A stretch of 47,122 nucleotides of DNA from an uncultured Candidatus Sericytochromatia bacterium (GTDB lineage: Bacteria; Cyanobacteriota; Sericytochromatia; UBA7694), in the NCBI GenBank assembly GCA_964598905.1, contig CAZRFI010000001.1:24341-71462 (forward strand), given 5' to 3'. Below are positions 9,208-19,500 of the stretch, piece by piece (positions within the stretch are counted from its first letter, which is position 1; each line of letters starts with the position of its first letter). The notes beneath the pieces were generated by a model. It had not been told where the DNA came from and did not search any database. It worked only from the letters and a program-made list of their open reading frames with translations. A program made the translations under genes and the position numbers.

Positions 9208-10474
9208 TCAAAATCTTTTGAGCCATATTTCTATAATTTTTAAGATATTCCTGATCATAGAGCAGTTTTTCCAGAATTGGATCGGTGCTCAGATCGTCAA
9301 AGGTATCGATCAAATGATACATAAAGCCTTGAAAATGCAAACCAGGTTCGGGGAAACCAATTTCACTGTAAGCAGCAGGATAGTTCACAAACTGAAAAAT
9401 CGGCAGAAAGGCCGTCCATTGATTGAGGTCCAGCATCAAGTGAACAAAGTCATATAAAACTGGGGCGGGTTGAAAATAGGAGCGGACGGTACGGGTTTGG
9501 TCCTCATTTAACTCCTGAATAATACTATTGGCCATCACGACCGAAGGCACCCCAGCCACCATTGTATCCAACAAGACCAACGAATGGTCTGAATTGGTGA
9601 AAACCATATCACTGCCTGCCAAGAGGGTCAGATAATTGTCTTCTGTGAGATGGCTAAAAAAGGTCACATCCAAATTGACATCGGGAATCGCATTGGTTTC
9701 TTCGCGGGGCGGAAAGAGCCCCACCAAGAGTAAATGAAAACGGGTTTGAGGGAAGCCGCGCAAATAATAGATCACAACTTCGATCAAAACCATAAAAAAA
9801 CCAAGCAAAGAGACCTCGATTGATTTCATAAACAACAAGGGGTCAATCACCACTGTGACAATTTTATCTTCTTCTTTCAGTTGAAAAGATTTGCGCAATT
9901 GTTCACGGTGGCTCTCTTGGCTGACTTTAAAATTCATGTTGACGGGATTCCACAAAAAGACCCGCTCCAATTCACCCTGCAGATCTTGGGGGAAAATGGG
10001 GGGCGAGGGCTTGATTAGATAGGGCTGAATAGCCAATGGCTCAGGCTTGGCCAGATCTTTTAAAGCGGGGACGTCGACCCCTGCTTTGAGTTGCAAGGCC
10101 CCAGCGTGGTATTCCAATAAATTGAAATAATCAACAGCCAGAATGGGCACCTCGGGATCATCGAGCCAGATCGGCAAAAAATTGATATCTGCAGGCGTCA
10201 CAAAATATTTATGCAGATCCAATAGAATGATCACATCGGGTTTTTTATGCCTGTATATCACCTGAAAATCGTGAAGATTATTGTCTTGATTCTCAGTCAA
10301 CAGCGAAACGGAAAGTCCAGAAACACTGGCTGCAAATGACGAAGAAATTGAATTAACCAAAGCATAAAAACGGCAATTGACAGGCATTTGCGCCAAAAAT
10401 CGTGGCAAGAGCAAAACCTCATCGAAGGAGTCTTCTGCCATTTGCACAAATAAAATCGTTTGTTCTTTTTTCAT
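9149..10474 (-). CDS. Hypothetical protein, possibly a GT-B-fold glycosyltransferase-like protein
   Basis: 441-aa ORF whose ATG overlaps the stop of the upstream 1191-aa gene (ATGA). It shows a two-Rossmann-like layout (ILFVQMAE.. N-half; HLLLVG..LLAGSDMVFTNSDHSLVLLDTMVAGVPSVV C-half). The family assignment is weak. Confidence 0.5.
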   Translation of the reverse strand: MKKEQTILFVQMAEDSFDEVLLLPRFLAQMPVNCRFYALVNSISSSFAASVSGLSVSLLTENQDNNLHDFQVIYRHKKPDVIILLDLHKYFVTPADINFLPIWLDDPEVPILAVDYFNLLEYHAGALQLKAGVDVPALKDLAKPEPLAIQPYLIKPSPPIFPQDLQGELERVFLWNPVNMNFKVSQESHREQLRKSFQLKEEDKIVTVVIDPLLFMKSIEVSLLGFFMVLIEVVIYYLRGFPQTRFHLLLVGLFPPREETNAIPDVNLDVTFFSHLTEDNYLTLLAGSDMVFTNSDHSLVLLDTMVAGVPSVVMANSIIQELNEDQTRTVRSYFQPAPVLYDFVHLMLDLNQWTAFLPIFQFVNYPAAYSEIGFPEPGLHFQGFMYHLIDTFDDLSTDPILEKLLYDQEYLKNYRNMAQKILNDEQSLFLSQILTRITEKQ

Positions 10475-13400
10475 ACTGCAATCATCCGGGGTTCATCATA
10501 TTCAAATACGGGTCGTCCCAAAGCATGACATTGTCCCAGGGAATCTGCAAGCAACCAAGCAGTCAACTGCCAGGTCTGAGACCCGGCCTGTTGCAAAGCC
10601 CGCTGTGATAATTCTGCTCTTAATTGAGGATTTGTCATCAATTCAGCCATTCTCTCTGCCGCATCCATGGGTTCGGGCACACGCAACCAGACAATACTAT
10701 CGGCACTTTGGCCACAAATAACTTGAGGTGCTTTGATCAGGAGCCCTGCCCTCCCCACCACTTCGGGTATGGCTGAGTGATCTGGAGCCAAAACAGGCAG
10801 ACCACAGGCCTGTGCTTCGATCAAAGGCATGCCAAAGCCTTCACCCAGGGAAGTGAGTAAAAGGCTGTCAGAGGCCTGGTAGAGCTCCAGTAGAGATTCC
10901 TGACTGAGGGGGCGTTGATAGGGGTCAAAATTATCACTGATCTTTACAAATTCACCCAGTCGATAGACAGAGATTAGTTCTTTCAGGCCCTCGGCATTTT
11001 CGGTATGAAGATAGAGAAAAGCCTGTTTGGCCAAATCAGGAAACTTGAGCTTAAATTGGTAAAAAGATTCGATCGCGTATTCAATCCCTTTGCGCCAAAA
11101 GTTATTTCCGACCATCAAAAACACAAATGAGGCTTCAGGCCATTGCAATTGCTTGCGCAAACGCGATTTTTCTTCTGCAGAATTTACTGGCATAAAGCGC
11201 TCGGTATTCACCCCCAAAGGGATCACCTCACAGGGGCCAGTATAATTTTTTTGGATTTGGTTCACGCCAAAGCGAGACAAACTGGCAATACGATTACAGC
11301 GCTGAAGCAGGGGCATCAATGCGCTGGGGTTTTGATCCCGGGCATAATCGATAGGAAACCACCCAACCACAGCCCCCTGCCAGGCTTCAAGTATCGGCAA
11401 AAAGGCAGGGAAAAAATGCATATCGGCATGCAGCAAAATCACATCAGGCTCGATCATGACCAATAGATGTTTAAGCCTTTGTAAACCCAGGGAATCGTCG
11501 GGCCGGGTCGAATAGACGTGCACACCGTCCATCAGAGTATCCGCTTCGTGGTAGTGCCACGCCAGATGATGAACCTCAAAATAGCGTTGCAAAATGCCTG
11601 TCCCGTAAACCTCGTTTAAACTGATGCCAAAGCCTTTTTTGATTTGGTGGTGACGCGATAGAAGCAAGACCCGTGGTTTGCCTCCTTTGCTTGACCTTCT
11701 CAACGCTTGCATCTCAGTCAGACGGGCCTGAGCCATCCGCAGACGCAAGCACTGTGGGTGAGAGCCCTCAAAAGCGGTGAGGTATGCGCTCGGGATGCGA
11801 TCATAAATAAAATCTCCCTCAGGGCAGACCTCATAACTGTCTGGCAGATCTGCGTAAAGTTTTTCCATGTACGACATCTTGATGCGCATGGCTTCTGCCT
11901 CACGCACATGTCCATAATGAAAAATCCGGATTTCCAAATCTTTGACCAGCCCAGGATCAGCTGGATTGAGAATTTGCGTCCATGCGTCTTTGATGTGTTG
12001 GGCCTTGCCCCGCCGGGTAAGGCGAATACAGCGTTGGTACCAGCCAATTTCCTGGGCACTCTCTTTGATCAAGGTGGTGTAATTGCCATAAAAATGCAAA
12101 ACGCGAAAACGGTAGGCATCAATTTTTTCAGCCCCTGCTGAGTAGAGTTGCTCACGCAGCAGCTTTAAATCATCTTCATGGTAGACCTCATCGGCCTGCA
12201 CATGCCAAAGCCATTCGCCCTGACAATACCCCATGGCCTCTTCAGCTGCTTTGCGAATGACTTCACCTTCGTGACCTCTGTTCTGACGCCAAATATCACT
12301 GGGATAGAGTTCTATTTGGGAAAATTCTTCAGCCAAAATCTGGAGTTCAGCAAGTGTATGGTCTTCGGAATCGGTGGCATAACAGATCACAAATTGGTCA
12401 CAGAGAGAAACCACCGAGCGAATGCTCTCTCGAAAGGGGTAATCATATTTGATGCCATTTTTTAGGTAGGTATAGCCACTTAAAAAGACCCCTGAGTGTT
12501 GTTTGGGGGCAAAGGCCTCCAAGAGAGAGGCCCCAGTCAAATAATTGGAAAAGAGATAAAGCGTCTGGGTCAGCCAATTGACATCGTCCATCGGGGTAGA
12601 TTTGAGCTTTTTAAGCAATTTTTCGAGGTCCTGCTCAAAGTCTTTGCGTATCGCTTGGGCCTCAACGTGTATCTGGGGAGAGAGTTGCATATATTGTTTA
12701 ACTGTACTGCGGGCGTAATAGATTTGGCGCTCGCAAAAGTCTTGCACGGACGTATACGAATAATGTTGTAAAGCCAATGCGGGATCCGCTGGCAAGTGAA
12801 CAGTCTCTCCCTGAATCCGAGCAAAATCATGAATCATCCCTGTCCAAGCCCCTTTGCCACTGGCAAAAAAGCGCATTTGAAAATCAGGGAACAGGTGTTG
12901 AATCCATTGGCCAAAAAACCAGTTTTGGCGGGCCAGCCAAAACCCAGTGTTCCCTTCCGGATTTTGGCTCAGAAACTGCAATTTTTCAGCCAAAGCGGGG
13001 GGAATGCGTTCATCGGCATCGAGTACCAGGGTCCAAGCACATTGCACCTGGGACAGACCAAAATTGCGGGCTTCATCGATAAAATAAATGGGCACATGGG
13101 GCACCACCCTTGCCCCATGTGTTTGAGCCAAAACTGGGGTATTGTCCTGGCTAAACATATCAATGACCACACGCTCAGTAGCCCAAGCCACACTGCTCAA
13201 ACAGGCCTCAATATTGGCAGCTTCGTTGCGGGTGTGAATCACGACACTGATACCCTGCTGATACACAGGTTTGCGCTTAAAAATCGCAAACCCCATACGT
13301 TGTTGGGCGTTTTGGTACATCAAATAATAGTCAGGGTCGTCCACCAAACGTTGAAAATTGACAAAGTTGCGGTAACTGCTTACACCCGTGAGAATAATCA

Positions 13401-14046
13401 ACTTTGTTTTTGAAAAAACGGACAAATCTGCTTCTGAGGTGTATTCAGAACCGTCAAGAATTAACATATCCGGTGCAGGGAGGTTTTCTTGCTCTGCCAA
13501 TTGTTTCAAAAGACCGATTTGCGCTTCTGGTCGAGAAGCAAAATCCTGTAGTTCACTTTGGGACTTATCTAACCAATAATCCAGCGGGAATTGGTGCCAA
13601 GCCGATTTTTGGGTGCGAAAAAAATGGGTCAGCTGGGCCAGGTCTGGATAAAAGGACTTGCTTTGGCTATAGCCATGAAACAGGCCCAAGTCTGGCTCTT
13701 GGCCCAATTCCTGTAAAAATTGCTGAAAGCGCATGGGCTCAGACTCAATCAGGCTGATATGGGGTTTGTCAGCGCGCAATTTGCGGGCCAATATCAGGGT
13801 CTGCAGCAAAGACAGATCTCCCTGCACGCCGATATACAGCACATGCGCCAGCGCTTCGGCAAATACCAATTGAAATAGGTTGCGGTACAAAGGCGCCTCG
13901 GGAACGAGTCGCTCAAGCGCCTTTAAATCGCGGGAAAAATCAGGTGTGGTCATGACTTCAGCATAACGGATTCTGCCTGCAATTGACAATTTTGGTATAG
14001 CGGTTCTCAGAGAAAATTTTAAAATCCCCTTTTGCCCTGGATTCAT
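10471..14046 (-). CDS. Multidomain glycosyltransferase (N-terminal Rossmann-like region + GT2 + second GT2-like + GT4/GT1-type)
   Basis: 1191-aa ORF. The GT2 module is ISVVIHTRNEAANIEACLSSV..LDADERIP (res ~265-450). The second GT-A-like module is SGYTYLKNGIKYDYPFRESIRSVVSLCDQFVICY..HVQADEV (res ~520-760). The C-terminal GT4 module is LLTSLGEGFGMPLIEAQACGLPVLAPDHSAIPEVV. An alternative start at ATG 13953 (M32) would leave room for the tRNA promoter. Confidence 0.85.
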   Translation of the reverse strand: MNPGQKGILKFSLRTAIPKLSIAGRIRYAEVMTTPDFSRDLKALERLVPEAPLYRNLFQLVFAEALAHVLYIGVQGDLSLLQTLILARKLRADKPHISLIESEPMRFQQFLQELGQEPDLGLFHGYSQSKSFYPDLAQLTHFFRTQKSAWHQFPLDYWLDKSQSELQDFASRPEAQIGLLKQLAEQENLPAPDMLILDGSEYTSEADLSVFSKTKLIILTGVSSYRNFVNFQRLVDDPDYYLMYQNAQQRMGFAIFKRKPVYQQGISVVIHTRNEAANIEACLSSVAWATERVVIDMFSQDNTPVLAQTHGARVVPHVPIYFIDEARNFGLSQVQCAWTLVLDADERIPPALAEKLQFLSQNPEGNTGFWLARQNWFFGQWIQHLFPDFQMRFFASGKGAWTGMIHDFARIQGETVHLPADPALALQHYSYTSVQDFCERQIYYARSTVKQYMQLSPQIHVEAQAIRKDFEQDLEKLLKKLKSTPMDDVNWLTQTLYLFSNYLTGASLLEAFAPKQHSGVFLSGYTYLKNGIKYDYPFRESIRSVVSLCDQFVICYATDSEDHTLAELQILAEEFSQIELYPSDIWRQNRGHEGEVIRKAAEEAMGYCQGEWLWHVQADEVYHEDDLKLLREQLYSAGAEKIDAYRFRVLHFYGNYTTLIKESAQEIGWYQRCIRLTRRGKAQHIKDAWTQILNPADPGLVKDLEIRIFHYGHVREAEAMRIKMSYMEKLYADLPDSYEVCPEGDFIYDRIPSAYLTAFEGSHPQCLRLRMAQARLTEMQALRRSSKGGKPRVLLLSRHHQIKKGFGISLNEVYGTGILQRYFEVHHLAWHYHEADTLMDGVHVYSTRPDDSLGLQRLKHLLVMIEPDVILLHADMHFFPAFLPILEAWQGAVVGWFPIDYARDQNPSALMPLLQRCNRIASLSRFGVNQIQKNYTGPCEVIPLGVNTERFMPVNSAEEKSRLRKQLQWPEASFVFLMVGNNFWRKGIEYAIESFYQFKLKFPDLAKQAFLYLHTENAEGLKELISVYRLGEFVKISDNFDPYQRPLSQESLLELYQASDSLLLTSLGEGFGMPLIEAQACGLPVLAPDHSAIPEVVGRAGLLIKAPQVICGQSADSIVWLRVPEPMDAAERMAELMTNPQLRAELSQRALQQAGSQTWQLTAWLLADSLGQCHALGRPVFEYDEPRMIAV

Positions 14047-14059
14047 TCCAGAGTATAAT
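14032..14059 (+). promoter_or_regulatory. Candidate sigma70-type promoter of the tRNA gene
   Basis: TTGCCC (14032-14037), a 16-nt spacer, then TATAAT (14054-14059). The -10 ends 11 nt before the mature tRNA 5' end. Confidence 0.5.
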
Positions 14060-14070
14060 AGCCTTCGTTT

Positions 14071-14144
14071 GGCACAGTAGCTCAGTTGGTTAGAGCACTC
14101 GGTTCATACCCGAGTTGTCGCTGGTTCGAATCCAGCCTGTGCTA
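14071..14144 (+). tRNA. tRNA with CAU anticodon (elongator Met, or Ile2 if lysidine-modified)
   Basis: Hand-folded cloverleaf. The acceptor pairs GGCACAG with CTGTGCT (G1-U72). The D arm is GTAGCTCAGTTGGTTAGAGCAC. The anticodon stem pairs CTCGG with CCGAG around the loop TTCATAC. The T arm is GCTGGTTCGAATCCAGC and the discriminator is A. The anticodon stem lacks the three G-C pairs of an initiator. CCA is not encoded (ACCT). Confidence 0.9.
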
Positions 14145-14216
14145 CCTTATTACGCCTCCTCAATTCATTTAGGGGGCGTTTTCAGTTTCTGGATCAACTT
14201 GGCAGGCAGGTACCAT

Positions 14217-16550
14217 GTGAATCTGCAGGATATTAAAACGGTCCTGGGTAACAGAGCCCCCGCGGCTTTGGAAAGCCTGTACAAAACCTTTCGCGAAGCT
14301 CATCCAGATGCCAATATGGATCAATTTGCCCTGTATTTGCTCGAAACCAAAACCATTTCGGCCGGGGAATTGCAAGAAATTCATCTGCTCGAACCGATAG
14401 AAGTGACCCATATCGACCTGCTTAGCCAATCCCATCTGATTGAACAGCAATTGCAGGATACCCCAGTCAGAACCACCCACACCCAGCACTCTGAACAATA
14501 TGAATTTTTAGGGCTGCTCGGCCAAGGAGCGATGGGTTTGGTACACAGGGCCCGCGACAAAGATTTGATGCGCGTAATTGCGTATAAACAATTGCTGCAA
14601 GAAATGGCCCAAAACCGCGGAGTCTTGCGGCGGTTTCTCAACGAAGTTCAGATCACGGCCCAATTGGATCACCCCAATATCGTTCCTATCTACAATTTGG
14701 ATATTCGCCCCGATGGCTCTTTGGCCTATGCCATGAAGATGGTTAAAGGTAAAACCTTCAAGGAGTTGATCCAAGAAACCCGTGATTTTTATGATCAGGA
14801 CAAACTGCCCGACGCCGACCACAGCCGTGAAGTGCTCTTGGAACATTTTCTCAAGGTGCTGGATGCCATGGCCTATGCCCACAACAAACAAGTCATCCAC
14901 CGTGACTTAAAACCTGCCAATATTATGATTGGTGAGTATAACGAGGTATATGTCATGGATTGGGGCATCGCCAAACTCTTTCGCGATGGCTCAATGGAAG
15001 AAGAGATCGATTTGGGCCACAAAGTCAGTGATGATTTGCTGGGTGATCAAACCCAAATGGGCCAAATTGTGGGGACCCCCCGTTACATGTCGCCCCAGCA
15101 GGCGGCGGGAAAAAACCAGGAGTTGGATGGCCGCAGTGATCAATTTTCCTTGGGATTAATCCTCTATGAATTGGTCTTTCTCAAACCGGCTTTTACGGCC
15201 AAAAGCCAAGTTGAACTTTTAAAAAGAGTCCTGAAAGCGGAGTTGGATCCGTTTATCCATTACAGTCCCAAAATCAAAATTCCCTCCGAATTAAAAGCCA
15301 TTATTCTCAAAGCCACAGGCCGCAAGCCCGATCAACGCTATGCAAACACAGGTGATTTAGCCCTGGACCTGCGCCGTTTTTTGCGCGGCGAGGAAATCGA
15401 AGCCCAGCCCGACAATTGGCTGCGCAAATCTCTGCGCTGGGTAGAGCAGCACAAAAGGGGAACTGCCCTGACAGTCATGGCCCTTTTGGGGCTCTCGGCA
15501 GCGGTAACCGTCTCCATGACTTGGCGACAACAGATCGAGATTCAAAATTCACATCAGCGCGAAAAAGTGCTCAGTAGCCACTTGACCCAGATTGCCGCCC
15601 AAAGTCAACGCCTCGACAGCGAATTTTTAAAAATCCAAAGCCTACTGGAAAAATTGGTTGCAGCTGCTGAAGTCAGCTTAAAAGCTCCTCCCCCCAGCCA
15701 AACGGCCCAGATCAAGCAGGTTTATTTCAACCCAGATTTTGCCAGTTCCAGCACCTCCCCCCCCGATTTTGCTTTTTCACAGGCCTATCACCGGGAAATC
15801 AGCACTGGCTGGGCAGGGATTAAAATGGCTCCGGGTGTAAGCAAGGCCAGTGTGAGCCAAGAATTGGGTCAATTAAGCGCATTAACCCATACCTTTCAAA
15901 GCCTCTTTCAAGAGAGCAGCAGTCCCCCTTTGCCTGATGCAAAAGCCTTGAATAAAGCGCTCAACACCACTGGACTGCCTTTGGTTTGGGCCTATATCGG
16001 CTTGGAAAAAGGGGTGCACTTTGCCTACCCTGGCAAAGGGGGCTATAAAGAGAGTTATGATCCCCGCCAACGCCCCTGGTACCAATGGGCCCAAGACAAA
16101 AATACAGTCGTTTGGGGACAGCCTTATCTCGACGCATCTGGGCAAGGGCTACTCTTGCCCTGTGTGCAAAGCCTGTATGGCCATAAAGAAAAAAAATTGG
16201 GGGTGGCGGGGGTTGAACTGAGCCTGGCCCATTGGCTCAAAAATCTGCTGCCCATGGCCAACAGTCAAGGAATAGAAAATATTTATTTACTCAATCAAGT
16301 GGGTGAAATTGTGGTTCAAACCAAAGAGAACAAAGCCCAAAGCCCAGCCGACAAACTGGTTTTAACGCCCTATCCCGAAGCCGAGATTCGGGCCGGTTTA
16401 AAGCAAAAACCTTCAGGCCATGGCCATGCCATTATCAAACGAGAAGGTCAATCTCCCCTGCTGGTTGCGTATACCCGGCTCAATTCAATCGGTTGGTATT
16501 ATGTGGTTGAAAGCAATGCCGAGTTGCTTTTCAAGCCTGTGCCAAAATAA
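14217..16550 (+). CDS. Hanks-type Ser/Thr protein kinase with TM helix and extracytoplasmic Cache-like sensor domain
   Basis: Kinase motifs are GLLGQGAMGLV, VIAYK, HRDLKPANIM, DWG (the DFG equivalent) and GTPRYMSP. A TM helix (ALTVMALLGLSAAVTVSM) follows. The C-terminal domain carries Cache signatures (YDPRQRPWYQWA, GQPYLDASGQGLLLP, LGVAGVELS). The start is set at GTG 14217 because the longer ORF (from 14115) overlaps the tRNA. Confidence 0.9.
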   Translation: MNLQDIKTVLGNRAPAALESLYKTFREAHPDANMDQFALYLLETKTISAGELQEIHLLEPIEVTHIDLLSQSHLIEQQLQDTPVRTTHTQHSEQYEFLGLLGQGAMGLVHRARDKDLMRVIAYKQLLQEMAQNRGVLRRFLNEVQITAQLDHPNIVPIYNLDIRPDGSLAYAMKMVKGKTFKELIQETRDFYDQDKLPDADHSREVLLEHFLKVLDAMAYAHNKQVIHRDLKPANIMIGEYNEVYVMDWGIAKLFRDGSMEEEIDLGHKVSDDLLGDQTQMGQIVGTPRYMSPQQAAGKNQELDGRSDQFSLGLILYELVFLKPAFTAKSQVELLKRVLKAELDPFIHYSPKIKIPSELKAIILKATGRKPDQRYANTGDLALDLRRFLRGEEIEAQPDNWLRKSLRWVEQHKRGTALTVMALLGLSAAVTVSMTWRQQIEIQNSHQREKVLSSHLTQIAAQSQRLDSEFLKIQSLLEKLVAAAEVSLKAPPPSQTAQIKQVYFNPDFASSSTSPPDFAFSQAYHREISTGWAGIKMAPGVSKASVSQELGQLSALTHTFQSLFQESSSPPLPDAKALNKALNTTGLPLVWAYIGLEKGVHFAYPGKGGYKESYDPRQRPWYQWAQDKNTVVWGQPYLDASGQGLLLPCVQSLYGHKEKKLGVAGVELSLAHWLKNLLPMANSQGIENIYLLNQVGEIVVQTKENKAQSPADKLVLTPYPEAEIRAGLKQKPSGHGHAIIKREGQSPLLVAYTRLNSIGWYYVVESNAELLFKPVPK

Positions 16551-16564
16551 GGCCAAAATAAAAC

Positions 16565-19500
16565 ATGATTCCCCTTACACTCGAAGCCCGCAATTTTATG
16601 GCCTATGAACACCTGGCCCTGGATTTTACCCCATTTCAAATTGCCTGTTTGTCTGGCCCCAATGGCAGCGGAAAATCATCGATTTTAGATGCCATGACCT
16701 GGGCCCTGTTTGAAAAATCGCGGGCCAATTTTTCCGAGGAAGTGATTCGCTTGGGCGCTCAAGAGGTACAGGTCCAATTCAGCTTTGAATTGGAAGGGCA
16801 AACCTACCGTATTTTGCGCAGCAAACAGCGTGGCTCTGGCAAATCAAGTGGCAAAGCAGCCTTGGAGTTTCAGGTCAAAGCCGATGACGGCTATCGCTCG
16901 CTGACCGGCAAATCTGTGACCAAGACCCAACAAGAGATCATTCACACTTTACACATGGACTATGGTCTGTTTATCAATTCCTCGTTTATTCTCCAAGGAC
17001 AGGCCGATGTTTTTACCACCAGTTCAGCCAAAGAGCGCAAAGAAGTCTTGGCAGATATTCTCAATTTAAAACAGTATGATTTGCTCCAAGACAAAGCCAA
17101 AGCCAAACGCAACCAGTATTTGCTCGACAAACAGCAAATCCAGGGCCAGATCAATCAAATTGAGTCCCAGCTCAGCTCAGAGCTTTTTCTCAAAGACCAA
17201 CACCTCAGCCTGAAAGAGGAATACCAAACTTTAAATGAGGCTTTGCGCTCTCAACTGCGGGCACAAACAGAATTGGAAACTGAAAAACAGCAGTTGAGCC
17301 AAGCACGTTTGCAGCTCGAACATGTTCAGAATCGCCAGCAACAACTCACGGTTGAATTGCAAAAAAAAGAAATTGACAGCCTGGCTCAGAGCCAAGAAAA
17401 AGCCCGGATCCAAAAATTAATCGACCAGCAAGAGGCTATTGCCCAAGGCTATCAACACCTGCAAAGTCTGATCGAAAAACAAGACCAGTTTGAATCACTC
17501 TACGCGGACTATCTTAAGCAGCAGGAAACTCTGAGAGCAGCTCAAAACGAGTGGGTAAAGCTGAAGCATCTAAAAGAAAAAGAATTGCAACAGGCCCAAA
17601 ATAACTGGCAAAACTTGGTCAAAGAAGAAAAGCAGTGGCAGCACATACTCGCTGAAAGGGAAACGATAGAAAAAGATTGGCAGGACTTGCAAAGCTGCCA
17701 AGCCGAAGTAAACAGCTTGGATGAAAAGGCCCGCGTCTATCGCAATTTGGAAAAGGCACTTTGGGAGCAAACCCAAAAAACAAAGGCTTTCAGTGACGAT
17801 AAAACGGCAGAAAGCCAACGCCTCAGGGCCCAAATCGCTGAGGACCGTTTGCAATTAGCACAGACACAAACCCTGGCAGAAACAATCAGCAAACTCGAAA
17901 CAGATTTGGAAAAGCTGGACCAATTGCAATCTGAATTGGAGCAAGTTACCGCCAAAGGCCAAAGCTGTAAACACCTCAGCCAAAGTTTGGCCGAAAAAAT
18001 GGCTGCACTGCAGGAAAGCCAAACTGAGATCCGCGAAAAAACGCGCAAAATGCAAAACCATGCTGAAGATCATTGCCCCCTGTGTGAACGCCTGCTCAGT
18101 CAGGATGATGTGGTCCTACTCCTGAATAAATACCAATTGGAATTGGAAAAATCCAACCAGGTTCAGCAAACACTTGAGCGTGAGAGGAGTGAAAACGAAA
18201 CACTCGCGGCGAATTGTCGCCAAGATTTTGTGCGTCTGACGCGCGAACTCAAACACAAAGATGCGCTTTTGCAAAAACTGGCACAGGCCCGCCTCGAAGC
18301 TGAAAAATTGCAAGCCCTACAACAACTTTTGCTTGAAAGAGAAGCGGCTCTTAACATTGCAGAGCACTGGCAAGACTCCTTGGCTTGGCAAGTTGAGCAA
18401 ACAGCCCTTGAAGAACTGAAAGAGCAGATTGAAAGGATTCAATACATTGAAGCAGTCCATGACAAATGCCTCACTGAATTGCGCAATCGACAATCGGCTG
18501 CTGTGCGCCATCACGAACTGCTCAACGCCCAGGAGGCCATGCAAAGCCTACTACCCCGGCTAAAAGCGGCACAAACAGAGACAGAGAAACTGGCTGAGGC
18601 TTTTCATACACAGGCTTTTGGCCGAGATATTCTCATGAAAATCTCAGACCTTGAGTCCCATTTAAAACCTTTGGCCCATTTACCTGAAACCATCAATCAA
18701 AACAAAGCAGAACTGCAACGCCTGCGGGTCTACCAACAGAAATGGGAAGCCTTAAAAGCCGGTCAAGAATCCTGGGATCAGCTTTTGTTTCAGGAAAAGC
18801 GTTTGCAAGCCGATTTACGCAATTTACACAGCGAAGCCCAAAGTCTGGCGACACAAATGGCCGAACTCCCAAGTCTAAATGCTCGTCTGGAAGCCAATTT
18901 TACCCAACTAACCCCTCTGCTCTCAGCCCTCTCTACGACCCAAAACCGGGAAAGAGAATTACATGCCAGGCTGTTCTCTCTCGAAAAAGAATTGAGTGCG
19001 TTATCAGAGCAAAAAGTGGAATTGCTCGCAAATCAAAGTCAATTCCAAACCTTGGAAAAGGAACATCGGCTCTATGCTGAATTGGTCGATATTTTTGGCC
19101 AGAAAGGCATACAGGCAGTGGTGATCGAAAATGCCCTGCCTGAAATAGAACAGTCTGCCAACGACTTACTCAGCCAAATGACAGAGGGGCGTATGCACCT
19201 CAAGTTTCAGACCTTAAAATCGCTAAAATCTCGGGATGCGTTGAGCGAAACACTGGATATATTTATCAGCGATGAATTGGGCACACGCAGCTATGAGACC
19301 TTCAGTGCCGGCGAAGCTTTTCGCGTCAATTTTGCGATTCGCCTTGCCATTTCTCGCACCTTGGCGCGCAGGGCAGGGGCAAAACTCCAAACCCTGGTGA
19401 TTGATGAGGGCTTTGGCAGCCAGGATACCCAAGGTAAAAGCCGCTTGGTGGAAGCCATCAATGCCGTCTCAAACCTCTATGCCTGTATTTTGGTGATTAC

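Noticed and set aside
14115-14216. 5' extension of the kinase ORF (MSLVRIQPVLPYY...).
   Set aside because: It overlaps the tRNA gene on the same strand and translates tRNA sequence. A start at GTG 14217 (or TTG 14199) is more plausible.
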